A stretch of 64,000 bases of DNA from Amoebophrya sp. A120 (taxonomy: Eukaryota; Protista; Dinoflagellata). The DNA lies in NCBI GenBank assembly GCA_905178155.1, contig CAJINV010000015.1, positions 1,542,538-1,606,537 on the forward strand. The letters are read 5' to 3'. The translations under genes and the position numbers were made by a program. A model generated the notes under the pieces. The model did no database searches. It saw nothing but the letters and a program-made list of their open reading frames with translations, and was not told the DNA's origin. Numbering within the stretch: position 1 is the first letter of the stretch; every line of letters begins with the position of its first letter. Below are positions 1-12,300 of this stretch, in pieces.

Positions 1-63
1 GTTTCCCGGTTTCCGTGTTTCCCGGGGGCGCAAGCGGAGGCCTTTCGGGGCAGGGCACACACT

Positions 64-340
64 TACAAAATTGCCCGGGGTAGGGTATAAAACTCGAGGA
101 GGGTGCAGAATTTGCCAAATCGGGCTAGGGTACAAAATTAGGCAAATCGGGATGGGGTACACAATTCGGCGAGGGTACTGAATTTGCCAAATCGGGCTAG
201 GGCACAAAATTAGGGAGATCGGGATAGGGTACAAAATTCGGGGAGGGTACAAAATTAGCCGAATCGGGGTAGGGTACAAAAGAAGGCGAATCGGGTGAGG
301 GTATGAAATTAGGGGAATCGGGGTAGGATACCAAGTTGGC
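64..340. repeat. Degenerate tandem repeat, core (A)GGGTACAAAATT, arranged as a 72-bp higher-order unit (27+27+18)
   Basis: GAGGGT unit starts recur at 99, 171 and 243; about 10 copies of the core. Confidence 0.75.
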
Positions 341-454
341 CAAACCGCGCAGCCTTCGACGGAGGGCTTTGGCTCCCGCGGTTCTGCTCTTCCGGCGCTA
401 AACAAAAATAACCCCTGCGACCCCACCAAACCCCTGCTTTATATATATTTTTAC

Positions 455-572
455 CATCGCAAATCCCAGAACACGACTAGAGAACGCTTTTCATGGGGCT
501 TCGCATGAGAATTTTTTTTGGCATGCAGATTTGCATGACAGCTCTGGGATGGGGACGTTTTTACACAGGATA
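455..572. mobile_element. Truncated introner, family D (one TIR only)
   Basis: Matches the reverse complement of the first ~120 bp of element 23946-24224 and ends GGGGACGTTTTTACACAGGATA; the other half is replaced by unrelated sequence. Confidence 0.8.
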
Positions 573-1256
573 TGCGACCGCGGCGTTTTACCGAACCTTC
601 CGCGGGAGGAACCGAAACGAGAGGAACGATCCGCTAGCACTGACAAAGGGGAGATCAAGGCTGTATTGGGTTCTTTTTGTGCTTGTCCTACAGGTATGAC
701 ACGCATGATCTCATACATTAAGTCGCATGGTAAATGAATTTCACTTTTCCAACCAACGCATGACAAGTTAGTAACTCTGTCGTGTGCAATGATCTACTAC
801 AGGTTCCCTCGCGGTGTTTACGACATGAACCAGAATTATCAAATGCAAAAATGTCTGGGTCTGGAAACTTGTGATGCTGGGTGGCGTCTCATGATGAGGC
901 TACAAATGCTGGCTCAGCATGACAAGTTTCTGAGCTCCTAGGTGTTCCCTATTCTGCATGACAAACTGCGCTTCTGCATAACAGAGAAACGAAGCTCTTG
1001 GGTAACTTGCATGACAGATTTCAGAGTCATGCTAGACAAGTATGACAAACATGAATTCTTCCAGACCCAGACACTTTTACATTTGATAAGAATCAGGGCG
1101 GAAAATTGCTGTTCACAAAAGAGCGGACCGTCGTCGGCCGCAATGAGTCCGACTCAAAACCAGAAATTCCAATGTTCTCCTCAAGTTACCAAGACAAGCG
1201 AAGAGGCTGGAGTTTAGACCCGTGGGTGGGAAAACAGGTAGAGTTTACAATTTGAA
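573..1256 (+). CDS. Probable 3' part of an unknown gene (frame not resolved)
   Basis: Exon-like GC-rich segments separated by a GT-AG intron (694-802) and introner 837-1088. Confidence 0.3.
837..1088. mobile_element. Introner family A
   Basis: TIR TATCAAATGCAAAAATGTCTGGGTCTGGAA / TTCCAGACCCAGACACTTTTACATTTGATA; TSD AGAAT/AGAAT. Confidence 0.92.
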
Positions 1257-3476
1257 TTCATTTTTTCATCAAATACTCTTTTGTTCTATGATTTTGTCAT
1301 GCCGTGACCGTATTTACTACACCTGTTGATGTTTCCGTCATGCGTGCAGTGAATGTGTGTTGCTATACTCTGATCAAAAAAATCGGAACATGAGGAACAT
1401 GTAGTACAACATGACAAAAAAAAATGACTATTAGATCGACCCCGCTGGGCGTGAAGAGCCGTTCTCCCGGCAAGAATCCTACGGCTGCATCCCACCGTTC
1501 GCAGCGCCGGTATCAGATTGAAAACGTGATTATTCCCGTCCCCAAACCAGAGAGGAAAATGGAATTTGGATCTGTATTGCAAAAGCATAAAGCTTAATCC
1601 CAGGGATGGGAGCGCCGTTTTGGAGCGACGTTGTCATGTAAGGCTGAGAGTAGAGACATGTTGTTCTGCTCCACACGAACTCCGCGCTGGCAATCAGGGG
1701 ACGGGACGAACTTTTTCAATTTGATAGCCGCGGGCGCCCGGGTACACGGGCTTCGTGCCGGGAAAAGTCGGCGAGAACGTGGTCGGGGAACGTCAAACGA
1801 TAGCGGACGCGGTGTGCTTTCACCGGACCATGAAGAACAAAAGCGAGAAACTGCAGCGGTGATGACAGGAATCCTATTCTGTTTGTGTAGTTTTTGTGGT
1901 TTTAGAACACACATTGAAAATAAAACTGCTGGTGGCTATGTACAATGAACGTTGCAAGATGAGAAGCCGCAGGAGACAGCCAGCGGCGACAAAAAAATTT
2001 TTCTGTCACTACTCTACGATATTATAGCGAAACGAATTCGACGAATCTTTAGTACCTTTATTGAGCACAAGACAAGCTATCATGGATGTCAAGAACCTTT
2101 CAGAATATATTTACCTGAATCTACTTTTCCTGAATGATGAATTTGAATTTGGACAACCGTCATGAAGCCTCCTGTACTAGAGTCGAGTGGAAATTACTGA
2201 CACTGTTGCTACCACCTGGTCCACCTTGCGGTTTGGGATGAATTATTTCCCACTCTTTATGTTGATCTACATCTAATTTTACCGTGATCAGCAAGAGCAC
2301 CTGCTCGACTTGTGGTCCTGTGGAGCACGCGCAAGGCAGAAGGAGCAGCTTGAGCTTTGAGATAGACCTATACTATTGTTTAGAACTGTACCTACTTCTA
2401 CACTGGAAGAACGAACTCAACTCACGAGAACAGACACGACCTGCAAGGTTACCACAGAGGACACAACAATGGGCGTGCTGCACGAACCGTGGTATAAGAG
2501 GATGCGACACAGGACTGTACAAATGAAGGACGAGAACTAAATGTTGTACTATTTCGAGATAGCAGGAGCACAGATTCATAACTGTAAAATTGCAACTGGA
2601 TGAATAAGATGTAAACTTAGAAATAGAAACGATACCAACTTCATCTTGAAGTGGAGTTGTTTTGACCTCTGCGACCCGCTTCTAGCGGTCGTTTTGCTGC
2701 TTCACGTTGCGAAGTACGAGAGTGCGTTTTGTTCCACCGGATCCAAACAGAAGAGTGAACGCGCGAGGAACTGAATGCACCACGCTGGTTCTGGTGCAAT
2801 TATAGCAACACGATGATTCACAATCATGAAATTGCAACTGGAGGAACAAGATGTAAGTTGCAAACCGATATGGATAAAAAAGCCAAAATCAAGCAGATCT
2901 TCCTCTGCGAGACTCGATTGAATTCCAGCGGTAGTTTCGTTTCAACAGGCTACGAAGTAAGTAACGATCTACGTTTTGCTTTTCTTGTTCGTCCAGCGGC
3001 TCCAGACTTTTCTTTCAAACTTTCGTTTGAACTTTCGTACTCGTCGTACTTGGGTCATCCTCGTCCAGATCGTGCATATTAGGCAGCTCCATAGTGGTCG
3101 CAGGGTACTTAAAAAATTCGTACCTACATCTTCAATGGGCCGGACAACTCTTCATCTCGTAGTTCGTTGCATTACGTATGATACGCGCCGTGAAAGGCAA
3201 AGACCGACAGATAAAATAGTGAGACAGGAGTCACGCTGTTGTATTAGTGCAATATATAGGTAAGTGATCGCATTATCATGTATGATCAACGTCATATGTC
3301 AATCATGACCAATGTGATCGCAACAGGACCTTTTTTTCGGCTCGTACTTCACAAAAAGCTGGACAGCGTTGCTGTATCAAGCCAGAAACTCAGCAAGAAC
3401 TTACTTAGAGACAGCTAGTTTCTCGTGCACCACCAAGCAATCTTGGTAGGACACCAACCGACAGAACTCCAAAATC

Positions 3477-4119
3477 ATGGCGAAGTTCGCGAAGATCGGA
3501 GCGGCCACCACTCTGGTTCCCCTGGTGGGACTGGGGGGGGGGGTGCTCGGAAAGAAGGTCAAGCAACAAGAGCGTGCTACTCATGCGTGGGTGGGCAGCG
3601 AAACTAAACCGAGTATACGCTTTTTTTGTATATAAAACTGGGAAGATAAGCATAAGTAAGATACTGATACTAGATTTCTCCAGGAGAACGACAAGAAGCG
3701 GGATTGTCGAATTTTGGACCGACAATTTTGCTTCTGTTTGATATTGTTCTTGAAGTTCATGCAAGGATTTAAATTTTTCTTTTTTTCGTCACAAGGAAGG
3801 AGCATTACAAAAAACGCGGACAGGTGGATTCACGGAGGCCGGCCAGAATTCGATGAAGGTGGGCGGTCTCGTCTGGACCGGGCCGGAGAACGGCTTCGTT
3901 GGTTACGACTCGGGTGATTCTTGGGACGTGTGCACCTTGTCCCACGACGATATGCGCCAGCGATACTGTGACGACTTGCGGCCACACGCCAAACAGTGTG
4001 TGCAGGTTGCGTTGCGTAATTGCTGGGCCGATACGAATATCTGCAAATCTGCTTGGGGGGCAAAAAACTGCGAAGTGTTCAAGCCTTCACTTGTGAACTC
4101 GGTGGTCAAAAAACCATGA
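3477..4119 (+). CDS. Small, probably secreted Cys-rich protein (~140 aa)
   Basis: MAKFAKIGAATTLVPLVGLGGGVLG hydrophobic N-terminus; GT-AG intron 3613-3823 joins in frame to ORF 3853-4119, which has 6 Cys. Confidence 0.5.
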
Positions 4120-6332
4120 GTGTTGTTTGTTTTCAATCGTCCTTGCTTCCTGGAAGTATTTTTAGCTCTTTTAGTTCACTTTTCAACTTCTCAGACCACT
4201 TCTTGCGTGACCGACGCTTTTCGTAGAATACACTTTCAATCGTACCTTTTGATGATTCAAGTAAGTACACCCATGAATCACGACACTCGCAAGCGCACCT
4301 GATTGACAGTAGAGAATCTCGTAAGAACCTTGTATGCAACTTAGAGTGAGTACTTCTCTCATTACTTACAACACGAAAAGCTCGGAATGAAATCTTTAGG
4401 CAGTGGCTTTCATATTATATACTTTTTCATTTTGTTGTTGTTCATATTTTGATTTCCACCTTTTGTTTATTTTTCAAAACAAATTTTTACGCATACATTT
4501 AGGACGTGCAAAACTCTTCTATTTCGTTCGCTTCGCTGCAGTGCAAGATTTAATTTCCCCTCTGGGATTTTGCTTTTCAACATATTTTTTTTTTCTTCAT
4601 CATCATATTCATAAGCAATCGCGTCTCGTGTTCATCTCACCGTTCAAAGAAACCAAATGCATCGTGCCCTTATTATTTCACGAAAAAGATGTAACACACA
4701 AGAATGTGCCTTCAATCTACCCGTTTCGTATTATATGCCAAGCCTATTTTACCTGAAGTTTTGTACATTGGATTATTATGAAAGGCACCTTCAAGCAGTG
4801 TCGCTGTCGCATCCCGACAGAGCTCCTCGAGGATCGTCCCCCCCTCGTCCAAGGCGCTTAGTCCCCTAAGTATCGTAGTTTTCCGTTTGGATTCACCGAG
4901 GAACAACATGAGTTTTGGCTGTGCCAGGACTGAGCGCAACGAAGTCCATCGGAGGACTCACATTTACACAGGTGCTTCGAAAAGAATGTACTACTAGTTT
5001 TTGTTTTTGGGAAACCATGGAAATATGTTCTAAGTGTGAAGTTCCGGCTTCTTCTAGCCGCGGCTAGTAGCCGCGGCGCTGTCGCCCCGTGCTGCGAAGT
5101 ACGGCAGCGCGCTGTGTTCCAGCGGCTCCAAACGAAAGATCAATCGCACGAACAACTGAAAAATTGCTCCACCAAAAAATTTAACGATAGTTTTATTTAC
5201 CATACACTCTTTTATTGTTGCAGTTGCACTTTTTCATTCTTTCGAATGATTGTGTTATCTGACGTGAAGAATGTCCAAGTAACAAGGGTGTGACTTTATG
5301 CGACGTGATGAGAATTTACATGGTAGAAAGCAAAAGAAACGACTGTATAGGAAGTCAGGATAGAATTAGAAGCCCGGCATTTCATCGACATGCAGCCTCA
5401 TTTTCTCTAGGAAAAAAAAAGAAGCAAAATACTCTCTCAAACAAGCTTAAGTGTGTGGCACGGTTCGTTGGGACTTTTGGATGAGAAAGATGAAAAAATT
5501 CAAAATGCAAAGACGGAGATCCTCGATGCTATGAAATGATTGAATGAGAATGTTGATTTGTTTTTTGCGATGAGGATGAACTTCTACCAACTTTTTCAAA
5601 AAAGATACGAAGCAAACTGCGTCTGTGGATACATCGGCTGTTCCGACAGGACCTTTTGCGAAGTCACACCTTTCTTTCTCTTTTCTCCAAAAAATCAAAA
5701 GACCTCACAAAAAAAAGCTGCCTACATCAACAGTGTATCGCTCGGCACTTCTATCAGAATTACTCCGCTCTTCGAGGGATTTTTATACAGGTGCAGTGGG
5801 AAAAAAGCTGATGACGGTCTGTTGCAGGATATCATCGTAAAAACAAGAAAAAAAATAGGGATTTCTATAAAAGGATGAACCTCATACACACCAGCAACAG
5901 GGACAACAAAGAAAACTTTAGGAAAAGTATGCTCAAAAAATGCGATGATTATGAATCGAGTGTTTCTTTCTGCTCTCACTGAATGCGAATGCTGAAATTT
6001 GAATACGAATAGAGTTACTAGGTTGATGATGTTTTCCTAGTCGATGCTTTTTGATGATGAGAAATACCTGTTGCGGAATGAATTTGTAACCAAAAAATCA
6101 CATGGAATGATAATGAAGTAGACTTCACGGCAATTTTTTCGGGCAGCAGTTTTCAAACTACAAACGGCAACTCGCGATTCCTGTACTCTCGGACGGCGGC
6201 CGGAAAGCGGAAAAGCAGGACGTAGAACTTGTTTATTCTCGCCAAGCGAGTTGGTGTCGCTCTACTGGCAAGGACCCGAGAAACTCATTGATTTACAGTG
6301 GCGCAGGAACGACCAATCTCTCACGGGATAGG

Positions 6333-9300
6333 ATGACGGATCCGGCAATGGTAAGGAAAAAGATTTTGATCCAATAAAGATGCACTTCTTACAACATGAC
6401 GACCTACCATCTGACGCATTATGAAGATGAGAACAAGGCGAAGATGCATCAGCCCCCTCGCAATGTCCTACTTTATTGGAGAAATCGTTTCAAAATCACA
6501 CAAGAATGATGACCATGCTGTGCTTGACAGAGTCTCTGCTGTATCCAAAGATACAACAGTAAGCAAATAAACCACAGGCTCAGACCCCCTCAACCGCGGG
6601 CGGAGAGGGCCAGGGTAGCAAGGGCACTGGAGCGGCTGCGGGCACCGCCGCTACCGGTGGCATGCCGATGGCACCAGCCAACATGCAGGCGATGATGCAG
6701 CAAATGATGGGAAACATGAACCCAAATATCAATATGCAGCAGATGCTCCAACAACAGCAGCAAATGATGGCGATGATGATGCAAACTCAAATGATGGCGG
6801 GTAAATAAGTAATTAAAACTTCTCGTGCAAGAGGATAAAAATTACGCTTGACACAGAACAAAATTTTTCCCGACTAGGTAGTTGTATTGAGTCCGTGCAG
6901 ACAACATTGTTGTTGACGAAGAACTGATTTTTAGCCTTCTGCTCTCTTTTCAGGTACGCTCGGCGGCGCGCAACCGGGTATGATGCCGCAAATGCCAGGC
7001 GGCATGATGATGCCCGGAATGATGCAGTTACCTGGTGCAGCAGCAGGAGCAGGCAACATGCCCGGGGGCCTCCCCCAACTCGGCGGAATGAACCCAGCAA
7101 TCCCGGGTGGAGCCGGGAACAAACTAATAGCTGCCGGTGGTAAAAATCCCGCGGTCGTGGTGCCAACCCCCCCGGCCCCGGTAGTCCCGGCGGCCGCTCC
7201 AACAGAGCTGAAACCCACATCAATAGAACAAGACGGTGGAGCTGCTCCAGCAGGCGACAGCAAAAATGGTCCCAGTAACCCCTTCGGAAATAACGCCTCT
7301 GGGCAGCAGCAGCAGCAGCAAGCAGACAGTGGCACAACTAAACAGGATCAACAGATTATCGCAAGAAAAAACTGTTTCACTGTGAACTTGTGATGCAGAG
7401 AACGAAACACCAAAGTGTTTGTCTTGCTACACCTGCAGGACAATGGATTTTTAAGCGTGTTTTCCCTTGGAAAACGCGCATCGCAAATTTTCTGTGTCCT
7501 GTGTAGCAAACGTGTGATGCAGAAATTGCAAAACCATCACAGTGAAGCAGTTTTTTCGTGGGATACAGATGAATTCGGACCAGAGCTGCCAGCAGCTTGC
7601 ACCGCAGGTGGATTTGAAGCTCGCTTCTACGCCGTTGGTACCCGGGGCGGTGCACCCGGTGATGATGCAGGACGACGAGAAGAGTCGGCAGGCCAACATG
7701 ACCAACGGCAAGCGGTACTACGCCCGGATGAAAAACTACATCCCGCAGAAGGGGTTCGGCTTCGCGTGGTCGCCGGAACTAGAAGAGGAGTACGGCGGAG
7801 ACGTGTTTTATGGAAGTGTCAGAATCGAAATCGACAAAGTTGCAATAGTTTGTGATGCATAAAACGGATGCCAGTTGGAACCCATTTTCCAAATGGCGCA
7901 TGACAAATTTGGGTAGAACCGAAATCCATTTTGTAATGCTGTTTGGGTAAGGAGCACGCCATTTGTCATGCTATTTTAGCAGCCCTATTTCTAGTTCTAC
8001 CCCTCAATAGGCTTACAATCTGTCTCCCTTGCCTACTCTGCAAGACAGGCACTTTGTGGGCTGCATTTTATGCATCGCAAATTATTTCAACCTTGTCGAT
8101 TTCGATTCTGACACTTCCATATGTTTCTGCACTGCTCCGAGGTGCAACGTCCGGAGAACGTGTTTTGCATGGACCCGCAGTCCGGGGCGGTGTCCGCCAA
8201 CATTCTGATGTCCTTCGAGGTGCACGTGAATCCGCGGGGCAAGCCGCAGGCGCGCGAGTTGAAGGTGCTGAAGGACGAGGAGGAGAAGGAGAAGGCAGGA
8301 GAGGAGGTGCCGCTCGTCGAGGGCCGCGGGGAACCGTGGTACCCGGAAAAAGGCGGGGTGCCGCCGCATATGAACTGCAAATATGTCTGGATCTGGGAGA
8401 TTGCGACATTTGTCATGCTAGTCTGGCATGACTCTGAGCTCTGTATTGCGTGCCCGCGAAGAGGTCCTCTTGTCTGTCAGGAAAAGACCCGGCTTCTCAT
8501 GCGGAGGACGCAACTCTGAAGCACGAAAAACTTGTCATGCTGGGGAGCGCATTACAGTGTGCTCGCTGTTCCCTTCCTTGCATCACAAGTTTCCAGACCC
8601 AGACATATTTGCAATGCATACCGCACCTCGCCGGCCTGGCGTTTAAGGGCGGTGACAAGGACAACTGGGGCGGTGGAAAAGACAACTGGGGCGGCGGCAA
8701 GGACAACTGGGGCGGCGGCAAGGGAAACTGGGGCGGCGGCAAGGGCGACAACTGGGGCGGCGGCAAGGGCGACAACTGGGGCGACAACTCCTGGGGCGGC
8801 GGAAAGATGAACAAGGGCGGTCCGGGGTCCTTCGGCATGAAGGGTGGAATGGGCGGCCCGGGAATCGGGATGGGAATGCCGGGTATGGGCATGCCCCCGG
8901 GCATGGGCATGCCGGGAATGCTGCCCGGAGGGGGCCCGGGGGGACCGGGAATGATGCCCGGAATGATGCCACCAGGAATGCCAGGAATGATGCCGCCGGG
9001 AATGCCACCAGGTATATCTTGCAACAATTTATTGAATTTGAAGATCTACATCTGTTTCTGTTTTGCTTTTGAGTAAAGGGCGGTTCTTCCATGCTTGGCT
9101 CAAATCAAAACACGAGAAAGTGATTTCATCTTGAAGACACACAGACACGTCGGTTCTTCGTAGCGGAGGTGAAATTTCGTAGAACAGCAGCGCATCGTGC
9201 GGCCATAGCCACAGCCTGCTGCAAAAGCAAAACAAGTAGGACTTATCATTGTTCCTACTCTCACCTCAGGTATGCTCCCCGGCATGCTGCCCGGCGGCCC

Positions 9301-12300
9301 CGGCGCACCGCCCCTTCCCGGGATGATGCCCCCCGGAGGCGCACCGGGGATGCCCCCGATGCCACCGCAACCCAGCACTACCACCTCCATGTCCGAAGCC
9401 GATCTCTTGGCTGCGGCAGACGCGCAACTCGCGGCCTTAGACAGCATCAAGCCCCCGCCCCCCCCGAAGTCTCCGCGGAGCGGCCGGAACCGCACGGACA
9501 GCGATTTGCCCCCGCCCCCACCCGTGAACCCCTTCGACGCTAACCAGCTGATCCACGCCAACAAGCGAGACAACATGAGCGCGTCTGCGGGCGACAACAA
9601 CAACGTGGCGCTGGATATCAAATGCAGAAATGTCTGGGTCGGGAAGAGTCATGCCGTTTTTGCATGACGCAGAGGGTCTGGCATGGAAGCTCTAGCGTCA
9701 CAGGTTTCGAGAAGCTTCCGCAATGCCGAATTTGCATGACAAAGCCTCCACTTTGGTGACAGAAAGTGGGCAGCTTTTGCTACCTATGCATGAGAGATGT
9801 TTCTGTATTCTGAAATGCGCATCACAAGCTTGTCTTCTTCCAGACCCAGACACTTGTGCAATCCATACTGGAAGTGAACCGCTTTACCGCGATGCTCACG
9901 CAGGGTCTGATGTCGCACAAGGAGAAAGTGGAATCGGTGCACGGGGCTGGCGCGGTGGACCACGTGTCCGCGCAGCCGGCCGCCGACTTCGGGCACGACC
10001 GGCGGGGCCAGCACCAATTCACCGGCAACAACGGCAGGAACGCGTTTCTCGACCCCGACGCGGTATGAAATGCAAATATGTCTGGGTCTGGAATAAAAGT
10101 GGAACTTGTCTTGCACGTCTTGCATTCCTGAAAAATTTGTGTTGCACAGCCAGCAAGAAAGGCGGTACTTTTTCGTTCTGCAAAAACGCAGTTTGTCATG
10201 CGTGCTACGCATCAGACGGGGTTAAGTGTACTTGTCATGCTTGGCTGCACTTGAGAGCGCCAGTCTTATCCAAACTTTAGCATCACAAATTCCAGACCCA
10301 GACATATTTGCAGTTCATACGCGGACGAATTTGACAACCCGAATGGCGTCGCAATGCCCAACCCGGCGCCCGACAGCAGCAAGGACACCGGGGACCTGTC
10401 CCGCCGCAGTCGCGACCGGCGGGACCGACGAAGCCGGGATCGGGGCGGAAAGCGGGACAATTCCCGGGAGCGGCGGCGGTATCGCGACCGGGAACGCGAT
10501 ATGAACTGCAAATATGTCTGGTTCTGCAAACTTGTGATGCTAGTTTGTGAATCCTGGGCGCAGCACTTCATTATGCAGCCACGCATGACATGTTTCATCT
10601 GAGTTCCTATGTGTTTCGCTTCCCGCGTGACAAACTGCATTTTTTTGCATGACAGGTGAAAAGAGGCCGCTTATTTCCTGCTCATGCATTACATTTACAG
10701 ACTTAAGAGTCATGTGAGACAAGCATGACAGACGTCCAGACTCAGACACTTTTGCAATTGATACGTGACGACCGCGACCGGAGGCGGGACCGGGACGGGG
10801 ACCGGCGGCGGAGTCGGGACCGGGAGCGGGAATCTGGCTTCAACAAGGTCGACGAAAGGAAGAAGGAGATTGGCAAGCTGGTTGCCACCCGGGGGCAGTG
10901 GGCCGAGTACGTGCACGCCGGCGGGACCTACTGGGTCCACGTGTTGACAAAAGAGCGGACGAACGAAAAGCCGACGGATTTTGAGGTACAGAAGATACTT
11001 AAGTATAGGTAGATGAACGACCACCTCCCACTTGGCAGCTTACTGCTTCGGAATAAATGAAGTTTCGTTCATCTTGCCAGCAGACTTCGCGGAATTGATA
11101 AATGAAGTTTTGTAGGTCAACTACATCTTGTCATTTAGATAAATTTTTTCGAATACCGATGTACAGGAAGGGTTGGCTTTTTTGAAAAAGATGTTGTAAA
11201 AACAGCCGCGCGGCGACCCACTTCACCGTCGGTACTTTCACAACGAACTCCAACAACAGGACCGTATCATCAATGTGATGAAAATAAATCGCATAATCAT
11301 GTTAAAACAGGTCCGTGCGTCCCGCGACTCTTCCGGCAAAACCCGAGCGCATGGGGCCAACGATCCGGCCTGTGTGTATATTCAAAACGTTCCCTATGAG
11401 AGTGCACAACTCCCCCTCCCCCTCATTTGCCATGCAAAATCCCAAATTCAGTTGCTACCTTGTGGCACCGCGTGCATGACAAATTCCGGAAATCCAAACA
11501 ATACTACACTCGGAGCACGAACCTGTCATGCACCGGGTCCATCTGTACGTAGTGTTTGTAATCCTGTTGATGCCATACAAATGAGGGGGAGGGGGGTTTG
11601 TGCACTTTCATATTTCCCTCACGTGGACGCAGGTGGAGCTCCGCCAGCATTTTCAGCAGTTCGGCACCATTCTGTCCTGCGACGCGCCGTATCAAATGCA
11701 AATATATAATCTGGGTCTAGAAGAATGGAAGTCGAAATTTGTCATGCTTGTCTGACATCACTCTCAAGTCTGTCATGCACCAAAAGCCCTACTTTTCTGT
11801 CATGCACAAGCTCACTTTGTCATGCAGAAAAGCCAAGACTCCTGTAGCACCTGCACCCCCAAAACTTGTCATGCTTGCCAGTCAATTGAGGCGTCCTCGT
11901 CTTTCTCAACCAGCATCACAAGTTTCCAGACCCACAGGACATTTTTGCATTTGATACGCCGGCCAGTCTGAACGAACCGGGCGTGAACCGCGGCTACGCG
12001 TTTGTGACATTCACGTTATCAAAATGAAAAATCCCCCCTCCCCATATTGAAACGGAAACTTCTGTTGCTGGATTTGTGTACACAAATCAGCCCTGTCTTG
12101 CAGCGAGGCACTACAGGCAAAGCCTCAGGCTGCGTAGGGGTGTTTTGTTGTAGGCGCTTGGCATAAGAGAGGCCTGCCCTGTAGGTGAAGCAGCATTACA
12201 AATCGCCTCCATACGGCGGCGGATTCTTTGGGTTTGCCTTCTTGCAAGGCAGATGTGATTTGTGACCTCAAATCCGCAACGCAAATTCTTGGACACATAC

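Noticed and set aside
2587-2870. Imperfect ~45-bp direct repeat (AAATTGCAACTGGA..AAGATGTAA) at ~2587 and ~2829
   Set aside because: Two diverged copies with no TIR, TSD or coding context; no interpretable structure.
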